Numbered from the stretch's first letter, positions 29,480 to 41,085 are shown. The stretch is 64,000 nt of DNA from Enterobacterales bacterium (GCA_030949565.1 JAUZSK010000075.1:16277-80276); one strand, 5' to 3'. Notes: generated from the sequence alone by a model not told the origin. Numbers and translations: made by a program.

Positions 29480-30580
29480 CTAATCTTTCGGTTTCCAGCT
29501 TGATATTTCAATAGCTGCGCCACCTTTGGAAAAGTCTTGAGTCAACTGACTTAGATTAGCCGTCATATTGCGTGCGATTTCACGATAAATTAGTGAAATT
29601 TCGCTTTCCGGATCTTGCGCAAGCGGAGGATTCCCTTGATCTAGCTGTTGCCGAATGGAGCCCGCTAATGGCAATTGACCTAACATTGGTATATCGTAGC
29701 CATCGGATAGATTTTGTCCTCCACCCGATCCAAAAATATTTTCCTGATGCCCACACTCACTGCAAATATGCACTGACATATTTTCCACTAAACCAATCAC
29801 TGGAATCTTTACTTTTTCAAACATACTAATGGCTTTACGTGCATCGGCTAACGCCAAATCCTGTGGTGTAGTCACAATAATGGCCGCTGTCACAGGTATT
29901 TTTTGTGCCATAGTCAACTGAATGTCTCCAGTACCAGGAGGTAAATCGATAATCAAATAATCTAAATCACCCCATTGAGTATCACGAACAATCTGCTGTA
30001 ATGCCGAGGAAGCCATCGGTCCGCGCCATACCATCGCCTGCGCTTCATCAATTAGAAAGCCGATAGACATTGATTCAAGACCATGTGCCATCATCGGCAT
30101 AATCGTTTTGTTGTCTTTAGAAACTGGTTTTTGATCCGCAATACCGAGCATAATAGGAATACTTGGGCCATAAATATCAGCATCCAATAGACCAACCTTA
30201 GCGCCTTCCGTTTGCAGGGCTAAAGCGAGATTAACGCTGGTAGTGGATTTACCGACACCGCCCTTACCGCTGGCGACTGCAATGATATTTTTTATCTTGG
30301 CGATGGGATCAACGCCAGCTTTAGTTTTATAAGCTAATAGTCGTTGCTCAATTTGAACATCGAATTGATGCTCAGGCCAAGCATTAGCAAGCCTTTGTAG
30401 TATTTCTTGTTGTAACGCTGGTATTTGTCCTTCATAGGGAAAGGGTAATTGAATATTCAGAGTCACCTGCGACGCCGATAACTTAGTATCTTTAATAAAA
30501 TCGGCTAATTGAAGGTTTGCTGGAAAATGCTCAAAGGCTTGTTGGTTAATGGTTTCGAGCAAAGTTTGTTGTTCAAGCAT
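29480..30580 (-). CDS. apbC: Fe-S cluster carrier ATPase ApbC/Mrp
   Basis: Deviant Walker A motif ASGKGGVGKST, CxxC (CSECGH), and a divergent arrangement with metG as in E. coli. An alternative GTG start lies at 30592. Confidence 0.92.
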   Translation of the reverse strand: MLEQQTLLETINQQAFEHFPANLQLADFIKDTKLSASQVTLNIQLPFPYEGQIPALQQEILQRLANAWPEHQFDVQIEQRLLAYKTKAGVDPIAKIKNIIAVASGKGGVGKSTTSVNLALALQTEGAKVGLLDADIYGPSIPIMLGIADQKPVSKDNKTIMPMMAHGLESMSIGFLIDEAQAMVWRGPMASSALQQIVRDTQWGDLDYLIIDLPPGTGDIQLTMAQKIPVTAAIIVTTPQDLALADARKAISMFEKVKIPVIGLVENMSVHICSECGHQENIFGSGGGQNLSDGYDIPMLGQLPLAGSIRQQLDQGNPPLAQDPESEISLIYREIARNMTANLSQLTQDFSKGGAAIEISSWKPKD

Positions 30581-30780
30581 AAAATTTATCACCTAGTATC
30601 AAAAGTGCCGAGATTATACCCGATATTAGCAATATAATACCTACCTAATTTGTGTGGCTAATCACCCAATATTGACACAAGAATCCAGCCTAAATGCATA
30701 ATATAGATGATTAAACAGCAAAAAATCGGTATAGTTGTGCCAGTCCAACATTAACCCTAAAAGTGAAATTAAGTAACCCA

Positions 30781-32843
30781 ATGTCACACTCGAAAATAAC
30801 TAAAAATGGTAGCCGTCGAATACTGATTACCAGTGCCCTACCCTATGCCAATGGCCCTATTCATCTTGGCCATATGCTTGAATATATTCAAACCGATATT
30901 TGGGCTCGCTTCCAAAAACTAGTGGGTAACGAGTGCTACTATGTTTGTGCCGATGATACTCACGGTACTCCTATCATGCTAAGCGCTCAACGACAAAATA
31001 TTACGCCTGAAGAGCTTATCGCCAAAAGTCACCAAGATCACTTACAAGATTTTAATGGTTTTCATATCAATTTTGATAACTTTCATTCAACTCATAGTGA
31101 AGAAAATAAATTTTATACCGAAAAAGTTTATCAATCACTGCTTGATAAAGGGCATATCGAGCGACGAACCATCAACCAACTGTATGACCCTGATAAACAT
31201 ATGTTCCTACCTGACCGATTCGTCAAGGGCGAATGTCCAAAATGTGGGTCCGCTGATCAATATGGTGATAATTGTGACTCTTGTAGTGCCACTTACAATC
31301 CAACCGATCTTAAAAATCCCAAATCAGCGGTTTCAGGTGCTACGCCGATATTAAAAGATTCCGAACACTTTTTTGTCAAGCTACAGGATTTTGAAAATAT
31401 CTTGAAAAATTGGTTAAAAGACGGTGTCAGTCAGCAAATTGAAAACAAACTTAATGAATGGCTTGATGTCGGCTTACAACAGTGGGATATTTCTCGTGAC
31501 GCGCCCTATTTTGGCTACTCTATACCAGGTCACCCGGATAAGTTCTTTTATGTTTGGCTTGATGCACCTATTGGCTATTTGGCTAGCTTTAAAAATCTCT
31601 GTGATAAAACACCAGAGCTTGAATTTGATGATTTTTGGAAAAAATCAAGCGATGCCGAGGTGTATCATTTTATTGGTAAAGACATTATCAATTTCCATTG
31701 TTTATTCTGGCCTGCCTGCTTACATGCAACCGACTATAGAATGCCTACCAGTGTTTTTGCACACGGATTTTTAACCGTTAACGGCACTAAAATGTCAAAA
31801 TCAAAGGGCACATTTATTAAGGCATCAACCTATTTAGAGAATCTTAATCCCGAGTATTTACGCTATTATTTTGCAGCAAAATTATCCGGTAAAATCGATG
31901 ACTTTGATTTAAACCTAGAAGATTTTGTTCAGCGAGTTAACAGCGATTTAGTGAATAAATATGTCAATATCGCAAGCCGCTGCGCCAAGCTGATTAAAAA
32001 ATCGGGTAACCAGCTTCATGCCTCCATTGATAAACCGATGCTCCTTAAGGAATTCCAGCAATCAGCAGATAAAATAGCCCAATTTTATGAAGATCGAGAA
32101 TACGGTAAAGCCAGCAAAGTCATTATGCAATTAGCCGACAAAGCTAATATTTATATTGATGAACAAGCACCTTGGAAATTAGCCAAAGATGAGTCAACCG
32201 CCGATCAAGCATTGGCTATTTGCTCCATGGGTATCCACTTGTTTCATATTCTATCGATCTATTTAAAACCAGTGCTACCCCAGTTAGTTTCTCAGGTCGA
32301 AAATTTTTTAAAAGTAGATCCGCTCAGCTGGCAGGATATTAGCAAACCGTTAGTTTCCCATGAGCTTAATGATTTTAAACCATTGATGAAACGGGTAGAA
32401 CCCGCACAGGTCGAAAAAAATGCAAACCAGCTCGGTAGAAGCGCCTAGTTACCAGCAATCAGCGCCTCAATCGTCTGACTCTAAAACTAAAGACAAGCAA
32501 ATCGAAGCGGTTAAAGATGAAATTCAATTTGCAGATTTTGACAAGCTAGACCTGCGTATTTGTAAAATCATAGAGGCCAAAGAAGTTGAAGGTGCTGATA
32601 AGCTGTTACAGTTAACTCTCGATGTGGGCGATACCACTAAACAGGTGTTTGCCGGTATAAAATCTGCCTACAATCCCGCGCAACTTATCGGTAAAATGAC
32701 CCTGACAATCGTTAACTTAGCCCCAAGAAAAAATGCGCTTTGGCGTTTCCGAAGGTATGGTGTTAGCGGCCGGCCCCGGCGGTAAAGATTTATGGCTACT
32801 GAACCCCGATGATGGCGCACTACCCGGAATGCGAGTTAAATAG
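30781..32843 (+). pseudogene. metG: Methionine--tRNA ligase, with the reading frame broken twice as sequenced (catalytic body 30781-32448 intact)
   Basis: HLGH and KMSKS motifs and a CxxC..CxxC zinc knuckle. The C-terminal tRNA-binding domain continues in another frame from 32420. The last 36 codons ([17 protein letters not shown]...GMRVK) are in a third frame after the A6 run 32728-32733. Confidence 0.9.
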
Positions 32844-32922
32844 ATAGCGATATAGTACCTTGGGGTTTATTAAATCGGCCAAACAGGATTAACTAGAATT
32901 GAATAGAGGCAGTATTGATATT

Positions 32923-33279
32923 ATGCAAACTTTTGAACTCTACGGCACGGCATGGGTAGTATATATGGCATTTGGTGTTCTATTGCTAGCCCTAGTGGGT
33001 TATAAAATACGACGATTCAGTTGGCTTGTTAAATTTATACTACTTAGTTTTTTAGCCGTCGGCGCCTTTACCCCTGACCTAGTAAAAGATTCTCACACCT
33101 ATGCTCCGCTAGCCATCACATCATTGCTCGATGCAGAAGTTGAAGGCGTAAGCGCGGTTATAAGCGGGCTTATGAGATTACTGGCAGTTTGGGGGATTCT
33201 TGTTTTTACGGTATTGGCTGGACGGCATTATTATTTCTCTCGGAAAGCACAAAAACAAACTGAGTTAGAAGCGGATTAA
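32923..33279 (+). CDS. Hypothetical 4-TM membrane protein upstream of rnfA
   Basis: Hydrophobic ORF with no recognisable family. An alternative TTG start lies at 32899. Confidence 0.5.
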   Translation: MQTFELYGTAWVVYMAFGVLLLALVGYKIRRFSWLVKFILLSFLAVGAFTPDLVKDSHTYAPLAITSLLDAEVEGVSAVISGLMRLLAVWGILVFTVLAGRHYYFSRKAQKQTELEAD

Positions 33280-33345
33280 TTTCATACGAGGATTTTTCTC
33301 GTTAATAAAGTTAGTTAAATTTCACAAAAAATTAGGGGCAACAGT

Positions 33346-33927
33346 ATGACCAATATCCTGCTACTTTTAATTTCTAGCGTGTTAGTGAATAACTTTGTTT
33401 TATCGCGGTTTCTAGGTCTTTGCCCCTTCATGGGGGTTTCTAATAAAGTCGAAACTGCCGTGGGTATGGCGGCGGCCACCACCTTTGTGTTGACCCTAGC
33501 TTCAATGACTAGCTATTTAATTAATCGTTTTATTTTACAACCACTTTCAATCGAATATTTACAAATCTTATCGTTCATTTTAGCCATTGCTATCGTCGTA
33601 CAATTTACCGAACTAGTCATACAAAAAACCAGTCCGCTTCTGTATCGTCTATTGGGTATATTTCTCCCTTTAATTACCACCAACTGTGCCGTTTTAGGGG
33701 TCGCGCTACTGAGTGTAAGTAAACAACATTCGTTTATCGAATCCATATTTTTTGGCTTTGGTGCGGCCGTTGGATTTTCCTTAGTCTTAATTTTGTTTGC
33801 CGCTATTAGGCAAAGGATCGCAGTTGCCGATGTGCCAAAACCTTTTCAAGGTGCAGCAATTAACTTAATTACTGCCGGATTAATGTCATTAGCTTTTATG
33901 GGCTTTAGCGGCCTGGTTAAAATATAG
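33346..33927 (+). CDS. rnfA: Rnf electron transport complex subunit A
   Basis: [18 protein letters not shown] and [10 protein letters not shown] motifs, 6 TM segments. Confidence 0.95.
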   Translation: MTNILLLLISSVLVNNFVLSRFLGLCPFMGVSNKVETAVGMAAATTFVLTLASMTSYLINRFILQPLSIEYLQILSFILAIAIVVQFTELVIQKTSPLLYRLLGIFLPLITTNCAVLGVALLSVSKQHSFIESIFFGFGAAVGFSLVLILFAAIRQRIAVADVPKPFQGAAINLITAGLMSLAFMGFSGLVKI

Positions 33928-33935
33928 GCGCTATT

Positions 33936-34508
33936 GTGGAACTATTGATAGCCCCGACAATCATTGCTTTACTCGCCTTAGCGGGTGGTGCACTGCTTGG
34001 TTATGCGTCGGTCAAGTTCAAAGCCCAAGGTGATCCTCTGGTTGAACAAATCAATGATAAACTACCCCAGACACAATGCGGGCAATGTGGTTTTGCTGGC
34101 TGTAAACCTTACGCTGAGGCCATCGCCGATGGTGTGGCCATTAATCGTTGTCCTCCGGGTGGTGAAGAGGGTATAAAAGCATTGGCACAATTGCTCGAAG
34201 TTGAGATAATCCCCTTGGATGAAACCTGTGGTGAAGAAGCCCCGCCTCGTGTGGCCGTGATTATTGAACAACAATGCATCGGCTGTACCAAATGTATTCA
34301 GGCCTGTCCGGTGGATGCCATCGTTGGAGCTGCCAAACAAATGCACACAGTGATAGAATCCGAATGCACTGGCTGCGATCTTTGCGTGCCACCCTGCCCC
34401 GTAGATTGTATTGAAATGCCGTTTGTTGTACAAAACAAATTACCGATTAAGCCTCGCAGCGCAGGCATCAATCCACTTGAATCTATTGCAATAAAGCAGG
34501 TGGGATAA
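33936..34508 (+). CDS. rnfB: Rnf complex subunit B (polyferredoxin)
   Basis: [21 protein letters not shown] plus two CxxCxxCxxxCP motifs. Confidence 0.95.
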   Translation: MELLIAPTIIALLALAGGALLGYASVKFKAQGDPLVEQINDKLPQTQCGQCGFAGCKPYAEAIADGVAINRCPPGGEEGIKALAQLLEVEIIPLDETCGEEAPPRVAVIIEQQCIGCTKCIQACPVDAIVGAAKQMHTVIESECTGCDLCVPPCPVDCIEMPFVVQNKLPIKPRSAGINPLESIAIKQVG

Positions 34509-34509
34509 A

Positions 34510-36141
34510 ATGACCACAGCTTGGCAATCAGAATCAACAACAAAATTATCACAGCCATCGCCTTTTAAAATGAATGGCGGCATTCACCCACAGCAATATA
34601 AAAACTTATCGAACCAGCAACCAATAAAACATCTTAAAATGGCTCAGGAGCTGACCTTTCCGCTATATTATTCTTCGCAGGAAAGTCAACACTGATTGGC
34701 TACTAGCGACCAAGGTAAAACCGTCAAAAGTAGGCAAGCACTAGTCACCAGCCAGTCACAATTTGCTACGTTTTCAGGCAACCCAAAAAGCCCAGCTATT
34801 TGTCCAGTTGACGCAATCATTAGTGAAATAGGATTAATGGATCTCGGTCATCCATCAGGAGTGAAACCTGCAATTAAAATTAAACCACAAAATTTAAACA
34901 GCACAGCGACCTTCGAAAAGTTAGCCACTTGGCAACATGAATCTGCAGACAAACTGATACAACGAATTGAAGATGCTGGCATTGTTGGTTTAGGCGGCGC
35001 GATGTTTCCTACCGCACAAAAACTACGTTATGGTGGCTCAAAAATAAAAACGCTAATCGTCAATGGCATGGAATGCGAGCCCTACATCACCTGCGATGAT
35101 CAGCTAATGCAACAGCATTCGAACGACATCCTTATTGGGAGTCAGATTAGTGCTTTTATCAGTCACGCAGAAGAAATTATAATAGGAATAGAAGACAATA
35201 AACCGCAAGCCATTCAAGCCTTAACCGATGCCATCCAAAGTTTGCGGCAACAAAACCAACTGACCTACCCAATTCGAATATTGGTAGTACCCACAAAATA
35301 CCCCAGTGGTGGCGAGAAACAATTGATACAGCTAACCACCGGTAAAGAAGTTCCCAGCGGGCACTTCCCTGCCTCGCTTGGTTTGCTGGTGCAAAACGTT
35401 GCAACACTATTTTCAATCAAAAAAGCCGTTATTGATGGTCAAGCCTTAACTCATCGCTTGGTCACTATTACCGGTCAAGGCGTCAGCCCCACAGGAAATT
35501 ACTGGATTGCCATAGGAACACCGATTCAATTTATTGTTGATGAACTTTCAATTGAAGCCGATTTTAATAAAGGGGTTGTGGTTGGTGGCCCCTTAATGGG
35601 GCAAAGAGTTTTCAACCTAGTTATCCCAATCCAAGCGGCTAGCAACTGTTTAATTTTTAATCTCGACAGCGCCAACCAATCCACAATTAGAGAATGCATT
35701 CGTTGCACCCTATGCCAACAAGCCTGCCCGATTAATCTATTACCACAGGAATTATATTGGCAGGCTAAAGCTGAGCAATTGGAATCACTTCAAAGACTTA
35801 ATCTTTTTGACTGCATTGAATGTGGTGCCTGAGATTACGTTTGTCCAAGCAACATTCCGTTGGTTGACTATTACCGCTTTGCCAAAGCTAAAATAAAGCA
35901 GCAAAATAGCACGCATAAGAAATCAGAAATTGCTAAAAATCGGTTTGAACAAAGAGAAGTTCGACTAACAAGGCTAAAACAAGAAAGCGATGAAAAACGG
36001 CGCCAAGCAGCAGCCGAAAGAGAACGAGCAACGGCCGATAAATTAGCCGATCCCGATGGAAAAAAAGCTGCTATAGCTGCCGCATTACAGCGTGTAAAAC
36101 AAAAACAAAATAATAATCAGCGCAAAGAGGATTTAACTTGA
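34510..36141 (+). pseudogene. rnfC: Rnf complex subunit C, interrupted by two in-frame TGA codons (34693-34695 and 35830-35832)
   Basis: All three ORF pieces are in the same frame. Conserved blocks are GGIHP, GLGGAMFPT, ECEPYITCDD, IGIEDNKP, PTKYPSGGEKQL and CIRCTLCQQACP. The second TGA replaces the Cys in DCIECGA-C-DYVCPSNIPLV. Confidence 0.88.
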
Positions 36142-37192
36142 AACCAATTAAATAGCAAACTTGATACATCTCTCGCATGATGGCAACTCGGCGTTGGCGC
36201 AGCCTTAATACCTGGCACTGTGGCGGAGGTTTACTATTTAGGCTGGGGTATTTTAATTAATCTGATTTTGTGTATTGGCTATGCTCTATTTGCTGAAGCG
36301 GCGGTATTAAAACTAAGGGCTCGCCCGATTAAGAGGCATTTACTTGATTTCTCAGCGATCATTACAGGCTGGTTGATCGCACTAGCAATACCACCTTTAC
36401 TTCCCTGGTGGATGAGCCTAATTGGAGTGGTTTTTGCGATAATTATTGCCAAACAACTCTACGGTGGCCTCGGATTTAATCCTTTTAACCCAGCAATGGT
36501 AGGTTATGTTTTATTACTCATATCCTTTCCTATTGAAATGACCAGCTGGCTACCAAGCTCAGAAATAGCCGCTAACAGTCCAAGCTTTGGTCAAAGTCTG
36601 TCTATCATATTTAATTCCCAAACAGGCTCTGGACTTAGCTTACAAGATTTCAGAATGCTAACCGGATGGCTACACAATGGCAACACCGTTAGACGAAAGT
36701 AAAACCGCTTTCCAAATGGGTTTGATGACCTCTGAAATTATTCAGGATAAGCATTTCGAATTAAATTATTCAAGCTGGATGTGGATTAACTTGGCATTTC
36801 TTGCTGGAGGTATCAGCCTATTATTCAATAAGATCATCCAGTGGCAGATCCCCTTCTCTGTATTATTAAGCATGGGACTCACGGCCTCAGTATTATACTT
36901 TTATGACGATCAAATTTATCTTTCAGCAAGCAGCCACTGGTTGCTTGGAGCAACGATGCTTGGCGCATTTTTCATCGCAACCGACCCCGTAACAGCATCT
37001 ACCACCACTAAAGGTAGGATCATCTACGGCGCTTTAATTGGTTTTTTCATTATCATTATCCGCACCTTTGGTGGTTACCCCGATGCCGTCGCTTTCTCGG
37101 TTCTATTGATTAATATTGCCGTTCCAACCATTGACCACTACACTAAACCAAGAACCTATGGTCATCAATTGCTGGAGGAAAACGATGTCTAG
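36138..37192 (+). pseudogene. rnfD: Rnf complex subunit D, with an in-frame TGA at 36178-36180, a frameshift near 36662-36665 and no clean start codon
   Basis: ALIPGTVAEVYYLGWG, AKQLYGGLGFNPFNPAMVGYVLLLISFP, then (shifted) DGYTMATPLD and GATMLGAFFIATDPVTASTT match RnfD. Confidence 0.85.
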
Positions 37193-37862
37193 TACCGCAG
37201 ATAATCCAGCCAATAAAAAACAATTGCTATGGGGGAAAATTAATCGAAATGGGCTGATACTCGCTTTATTCGCTTTCTTATCAACCGGATTAATCGCTAT
37301 AACACACCAATTGACTAAACAAAAAATTGCCTTGGCGGTTGAACATAATATGATTAGCCAACTATCGCAAATTGTTCCTCAGGGTCTATATGATAACGAA
37401 GTCTATCAAGATTGTATTAAAATTCGCAGCCTCAGTTTATTAGGTAGCAACCGTTTCCAAAAGGCCTATCGTCTAAGAAAACACAGAAAAGACGTCGCTT
37501 TACTTTTAACAGCAGTTGCACCAGATGGCTACTCGGGCCCCATCGAATTCTCAATGGCAATATCAAAAACGGGACAAATAATGGGTTTGAATATCATTTC
37601 TCATCGTGAAACCCCAGGACTTGGTGATAAAATAGAGAGGAGAAAAGGTAACTGGCTAGACCAATTTAATGGCCTAGCTATAAAGAATAAAAAACAAAAT
37701 TGGGGTGTTAAAAAAGATGGTGGTCAATTTGACGCTTTAACCGGTGCAACCATCACACCCAGAGCAATGGTAAAAGCGGCTTATAACGCTTTGCTTTTCT
37801 ATCAACAACATCAACAACAACTGTTTACACAGGCTAGCAACTGCTATCAAAAAGATGAATAA
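37185..37862 (+). CDS. rnfG: Rnf complex subunit G (FMN-binding)
   Basis: N-terminal TM segment, ETPGLGDKI, and [13 protein letters not shown] (FMN attachment Thr). ATG 37185 overlaps the rnfD stop. Confidence 0.92.
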   Translation: MSSTADNPANKKQLLWGKINRNGLILALFAFLSTGLIAITHQLTKQKIALAVEHNMISQLSQIVPQGLYDNEVYQDCIKIRSLSLLGSNRFQKAYRLRKHRKDVALLLTAVAPDGYSGPIEFSMAISKTGQIMGLNIISHRETPGLGDKIERRKGNWLDQFNGLAIKNKKQNWGVKKDGGQFDALTGATITPRAMVKAAYNALLFYQQHQQQLFTQASNCYQKDE

Positions 37863-38493
37863 CACAACGCAATACAGTCGCATAATCAAAAATGGCCTGT
37901 GGGATAACAATACCGCTTTAGTGCAGCTATTGGGGCTATGCCCATTGCTAGCTGTCACTGGAACTTTAATTAATGGTTTAGGCCTTGGGCTAGCCACTAC
38001 CTTTGTATTAGTGGGATCCAATGTGACGGTTTCAATGATACGAAATTATATTCCTAAAGAAATACGCATCCCGATTTTTGTCATGCTAATAGCGTCATTT
38101 GTTACCAATATTCAATTACTAATGAATGCTTATACATATCAGCTTTACTTAATTCTAGGGATCTTTATACCGCTAATCGTGACTAATTGCACCATAATAG
38201 GTCGAGCCGAAGCCTTTGCCAGTAAGAATCCACCACTGCCATCTGCGGTTGATGGATTGGCCCAAGGAATCGGATTTACGCTGGTATTAATGCTACTCGG
38301 TGCGCTTCGTGAATTTATTGGGCAAGGGACTATTTTGGACGGTGCTCATTTACTTTTTGGAGACTGGGCAAAGGACCTAACAATACATTTTTATTTAACC
38401 GAACAAAAATTCCTGTTCGCCATACTGCCACCTGGAGCATTTATTGGGCTCGGCCTTTTAATTGCAATTAAAAATAGCCTTAGGAAAAGCTAG
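37855..38493 (+). CDS. rnfE: Rnf complex subunit E
   Basis: [23 protein letters not shown] and [17 protein letters not shown] motifs. Confidence 0.95.
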   Translation: MNNTTQYSRIIKNGLWDNNTALVQLLGLCPLLAVTGTLINGLGLGLATTFVLVGSNVTVSMIRNYIPKEIRIPIFVMLIASFVTNIQLLMNAYTYQLYLILGIFIPLIVTNCTIIGRAEAFASKNPPLPSAVDGLAQGIGFTLVLMLLGALREFIGQGTILDGAHLLFGDWAKDLTIHFYLTEQKFLFAILPPGAFIGLGLLIAIKNSLRKS

Positions 38494-38549
38494 TAAAGAC
38501 TAAGCCGCTGTGTTGCATAAACACTCACGGCCTATATGCAAATGCTGTA

Positions 38550-39074
38550 CTAGTTAAACGTTTTATCAAACCACTTTTTTAGTGGCTTTATGTAGTAGCT
38601 AACATAACCACTTCTTCGCGCCCCTCGAGCAGTCAGACTAGGATTTGCGAGTTCATTAATTTCATGTTCACCTTGTTCCAGAACTTTACCCTGAGCATCC
38701 ATTATTTTATATTTAAAATTCATACGAAAGGGTGTATTAGAATCAACAATTCGCATATCTTGAATTTGTGGTCCAAGAGCAAAGTGATAGAAACCTTCTA
38801 AATCAATATCTGTAATAGCCACTTCCATCGTTAAATCTTTATCTAATATGCCTTGGTCTTGCTTTTTTTCTACCAGTTCAGTAAAAAGCTTATTAAAGGA
38901 CTTTTGCAGAACAACTAGACTTTTATTTCTAGAGTAACCCGTTAGTTGATAATCACGGAATTTTTTACCATCAACTAATTTTGTAGTAACCTTAGTCTCT
39001 GCGCTTGCGGTAATACTGAAAAGACTAAAAATGACTAAAATACTTGAGGTGAAAATTAATTTCATGTGCTTCAT
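38550..39074 (-). CDS. Hypothetical exported protein (possibly DUF3016-like)
   Basis: Clear signal peptide (ITASA-ET) on a 174-aa soluble body. The family assignment is from memory only. Confidence 0.55.
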   Translation of the reverse strand: MKHMKLIFTSSILVIFSLFSITASAETKVTTKLVDGKKFRDYQLTGYSRNKSLVVLQKSFNKLFTELVEKKQDQGILDKDLTMEVAITDIDLEGFYHFALGPQIQDMRIVDSNTPFRMNFKYKIMDAQGKVLEQGEHEINELANPSLTARGARRSGYVSYYIKPLKKWFDKTFN

Positions 39075-39477
39075 AATAATATCCTCTTTATGCTTTTAAA
39101 ATGAACAATAGTTGGCTATAGGTTAGCTATAGATTGTCTGTATTCCTTATCGTCAAGCGGTTAGATCACTCTAGCTAGCAAATCTTACAAGACCAACATA
39201 GCAGAGTTAAGCTTAACATATGCTGAATAGAAGTAACTGAGTCTAGGCCTTTGGTCTCTTCACCAGTAAATTCATTACGGCAATCCATAAAAAGCGATTA
39301 AACTCAATCATCTTGTTCCATTTGACCGATAATTCAGCCATCGGTTCTAAATAAACCTCTTTTTCTCCAATTTCATTGAAAATTCAGATTACTAAGGTGT
39401 TCTGCTATAATTCACATGCAATAATAGATCTAAAGCCCTTTAAAATAACTAATTCAGAAACATGAAGTATAATCAAT

Positions 39478-39780
39478 ATGACTCAAATAATAAGCACAAA
39501 GGAACAACTCAACTTAGAGACCGCTGAAGTATTCTGGCCTGAAATCCAAGTGTTTTTTGCGCAGGGTAAACTACTGGTTGTTGATGCTCAACTGGATCTT
39601 GTGGAAGTGGCTACTTTAATTGCTGATAATCAAGTCAACCAGCTAAAAAACCTTATAGAAAACAATAATGTATCTTTTGTCAGTGCTGAATGGGTGAAAA
39701 AGCATTGTACTGATACAACACTATTATGGGCGGTGGTGGTTGCACCCTACGTTCTAACTCAATTAATTGAAAACGATTAA
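39478..39780 (+). CDS. Hypothetical 100-aa cytoplasmic protein (possibly DUF2288-like)
   Basis: Clean ORF followed by a strong terminator. The family assignment is tentative. Confidence 0.5.
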   Translation: MTQIISTKEQLNLETAEVFWPEIQVFFAQGKLLVVDAQLDLVEVATLIADNQVNQLKNLIENNNVSFVSAEWVKKHCTDTTLLWAVVVAPYVLTQLIEND

Positions 39781-39850
39781 TTAGAACCGGTCAAAAAATG
39801 CCTAATTTATCCCTCTAAAGTTAAACCAATCAGGCAACGGGTAAAAAAAA

Positions 39851-39869
39851 AACGACGCTTAGCGTCGTT
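39851..39869. terminator. Bidirectional rho-independent terminator
   Basis: AACGACGC-TTA-GCGTCGTT, preceded by an A10 run and followed by TTTATT. Confidence 0.8.
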
Positions 39870-39912
39870 TTATTGTGTTCTCTATCCTTTGGATGTATTA
39901 CCAGAGTATATA

Positions 39913-40098
39913 TTACCAGAGTAACAAAGAAAATATCTCTACTAACCCAAATGCACATAATGCAGAACCATCAACTACAAGGGTTTCAGTCGGAAAACTA
40001 TGTGTGTGTATGCCAACTGACAGAGTGACTATCATCGCTACGGCGATAAATAAGCTTATTTTGCTAGTCAATTTAGTGCTTTTTCTATTTAGAATCAT
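39913..40098 (-). CDS. Possible small membrane protein at the 3' end of the YtrA-type operon
   Basis: 61-aa ORF with an N-terminal signal anchor (KISLFIAVAMIVTLSVG). It sits between the permease stop and the terminator. There is no homology support. Confidence 0.25.
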   Translation of the reverse strand: MILNRKSTKLTSKISLFIAVAMIVTLSVGIHTHSFPTETLVVDGSALCAFGLVEIFSLLLW

Positions 40099-40151
40099 AA
40101 TATTTTACCTTTTTATACTAAGTATTATAGTCTCACAAATGTAACAACAAA

Positions 40152-41085
40152 TCAAGTGTCATCTCTATAGCGGCGGACCAAAACGGCAGCACCTAGGAAT
40201 ATAATAGTAACGATCATCCCTACCCAAAATTCCCCATTCACAAAAACCATTGACCATTTATCTGAAGGAAGGTTAAACATTCCCCCGCCAACCAAGCCAC
40301 TTAATTGAGAATTTAAAATGGTAAACCCTTCTCCTATTCGGATACCGATAGCTGAAAGCAGTATTTTACTGTGAAAAAAGCCATGCTTCAGCAAAAGACA
40401 AAAGAAAGATAGGCAAAACACCCCATAAGAAAGTTGATTTTTTTGCCCATGCGGATGCTAACATCAACCAAGCCCAAACAGGAGCCAACCACAAGCTGGC
40501 AACGACTAAAGACAATAAAGTATTGATCATAACCAGAAATAAGTTGGATGAAGTCCATAAAGTAATACCAAAACTACCACCAAACCAAGCAACAATGGTA
40601 CCTAATATCAATACGAATAACTGAAAAATACTGATAACAATAAAATAGAGTATCGGTATACTAATGCACAGCGTTACAAATTTTGATAATACACTGCTGA
40701 TATCCGATATGGGTAATGATTTCCAAAATAAGATACTACGATCTTTTCTTTCATCGTATAAAGAACCAAGGGCATAAAAGAAACTGACAATTAGCATCAC
40801 AAAGCCAAAAATCGTCATCGGGGCATAAAGCCCAATTTGTACACTTTGATTTCGTTTAGTATCTTCTAAATTTTCAAACATTTCGACCGCTTTGGGGAGT
40901 TCCGCAGAGAAACTAGCGTCACTACCCATCTCAACCAAAATCGACTCACCTGCAAAACTGGCCAGCAACAAAATAAATGCAAAGAAAGCCGCTATAAAAG
41001 CAGGCGTATAAAACATAGCGCCTTTGTGTTCCCAATATTCTCTAATCAATAACGCTTTAAATGGCTTTATATTACTTGAAATCAT
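40152..41085 (-). pseudogene. ABC-2-type permease-like membrane protein, frameshifted at the A6 run 40374-40379 (plus-strand coordinates)
   Basis: The ORFs 40366-41085 and 40152-40421 overlap. Removing one base of the run joins ...FAEAWLF to HSKILLSAIGIRIG... as a single polytopic protein. Confidence 0.7.

Noticed and set aside
35830-35832. Selenocysteine decoding of the TGA that replaces a Fe-S ligand Cys in rnfC
   Set aside because: No convincing SECIS-like stem-loop lies within about 40 nt downstream. A second TGA in the same gene is not at a Cys position, and the adjacent rnfD also has a TGA at a non-Cys position plus a frameshift. I kept this as a testable alternative inside the rnfC finding rather than as a claim.
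34693-36180. An alternative genetic code (TGA read as Trp or another sense codon) to explain the three in-frame TGAs
   Set aside because: TGA clearly terminates other well-conserved genes in the window at their expected ends (for example suhB, ccoQ, rnfC and the IS3 OrfB). In addition, the rnfC site aligns to Cys, not Trp.
39875-40144. The 89-aa + strand ORF starting just after the terminator at 39851-39869
   Set aside because: It begins immediately downstream of a strong bidirectional terminator and has a low-complexity I/L/F/Y-rich product. It also overlaps a more plausible, though still weak, minus-strand small ORF.
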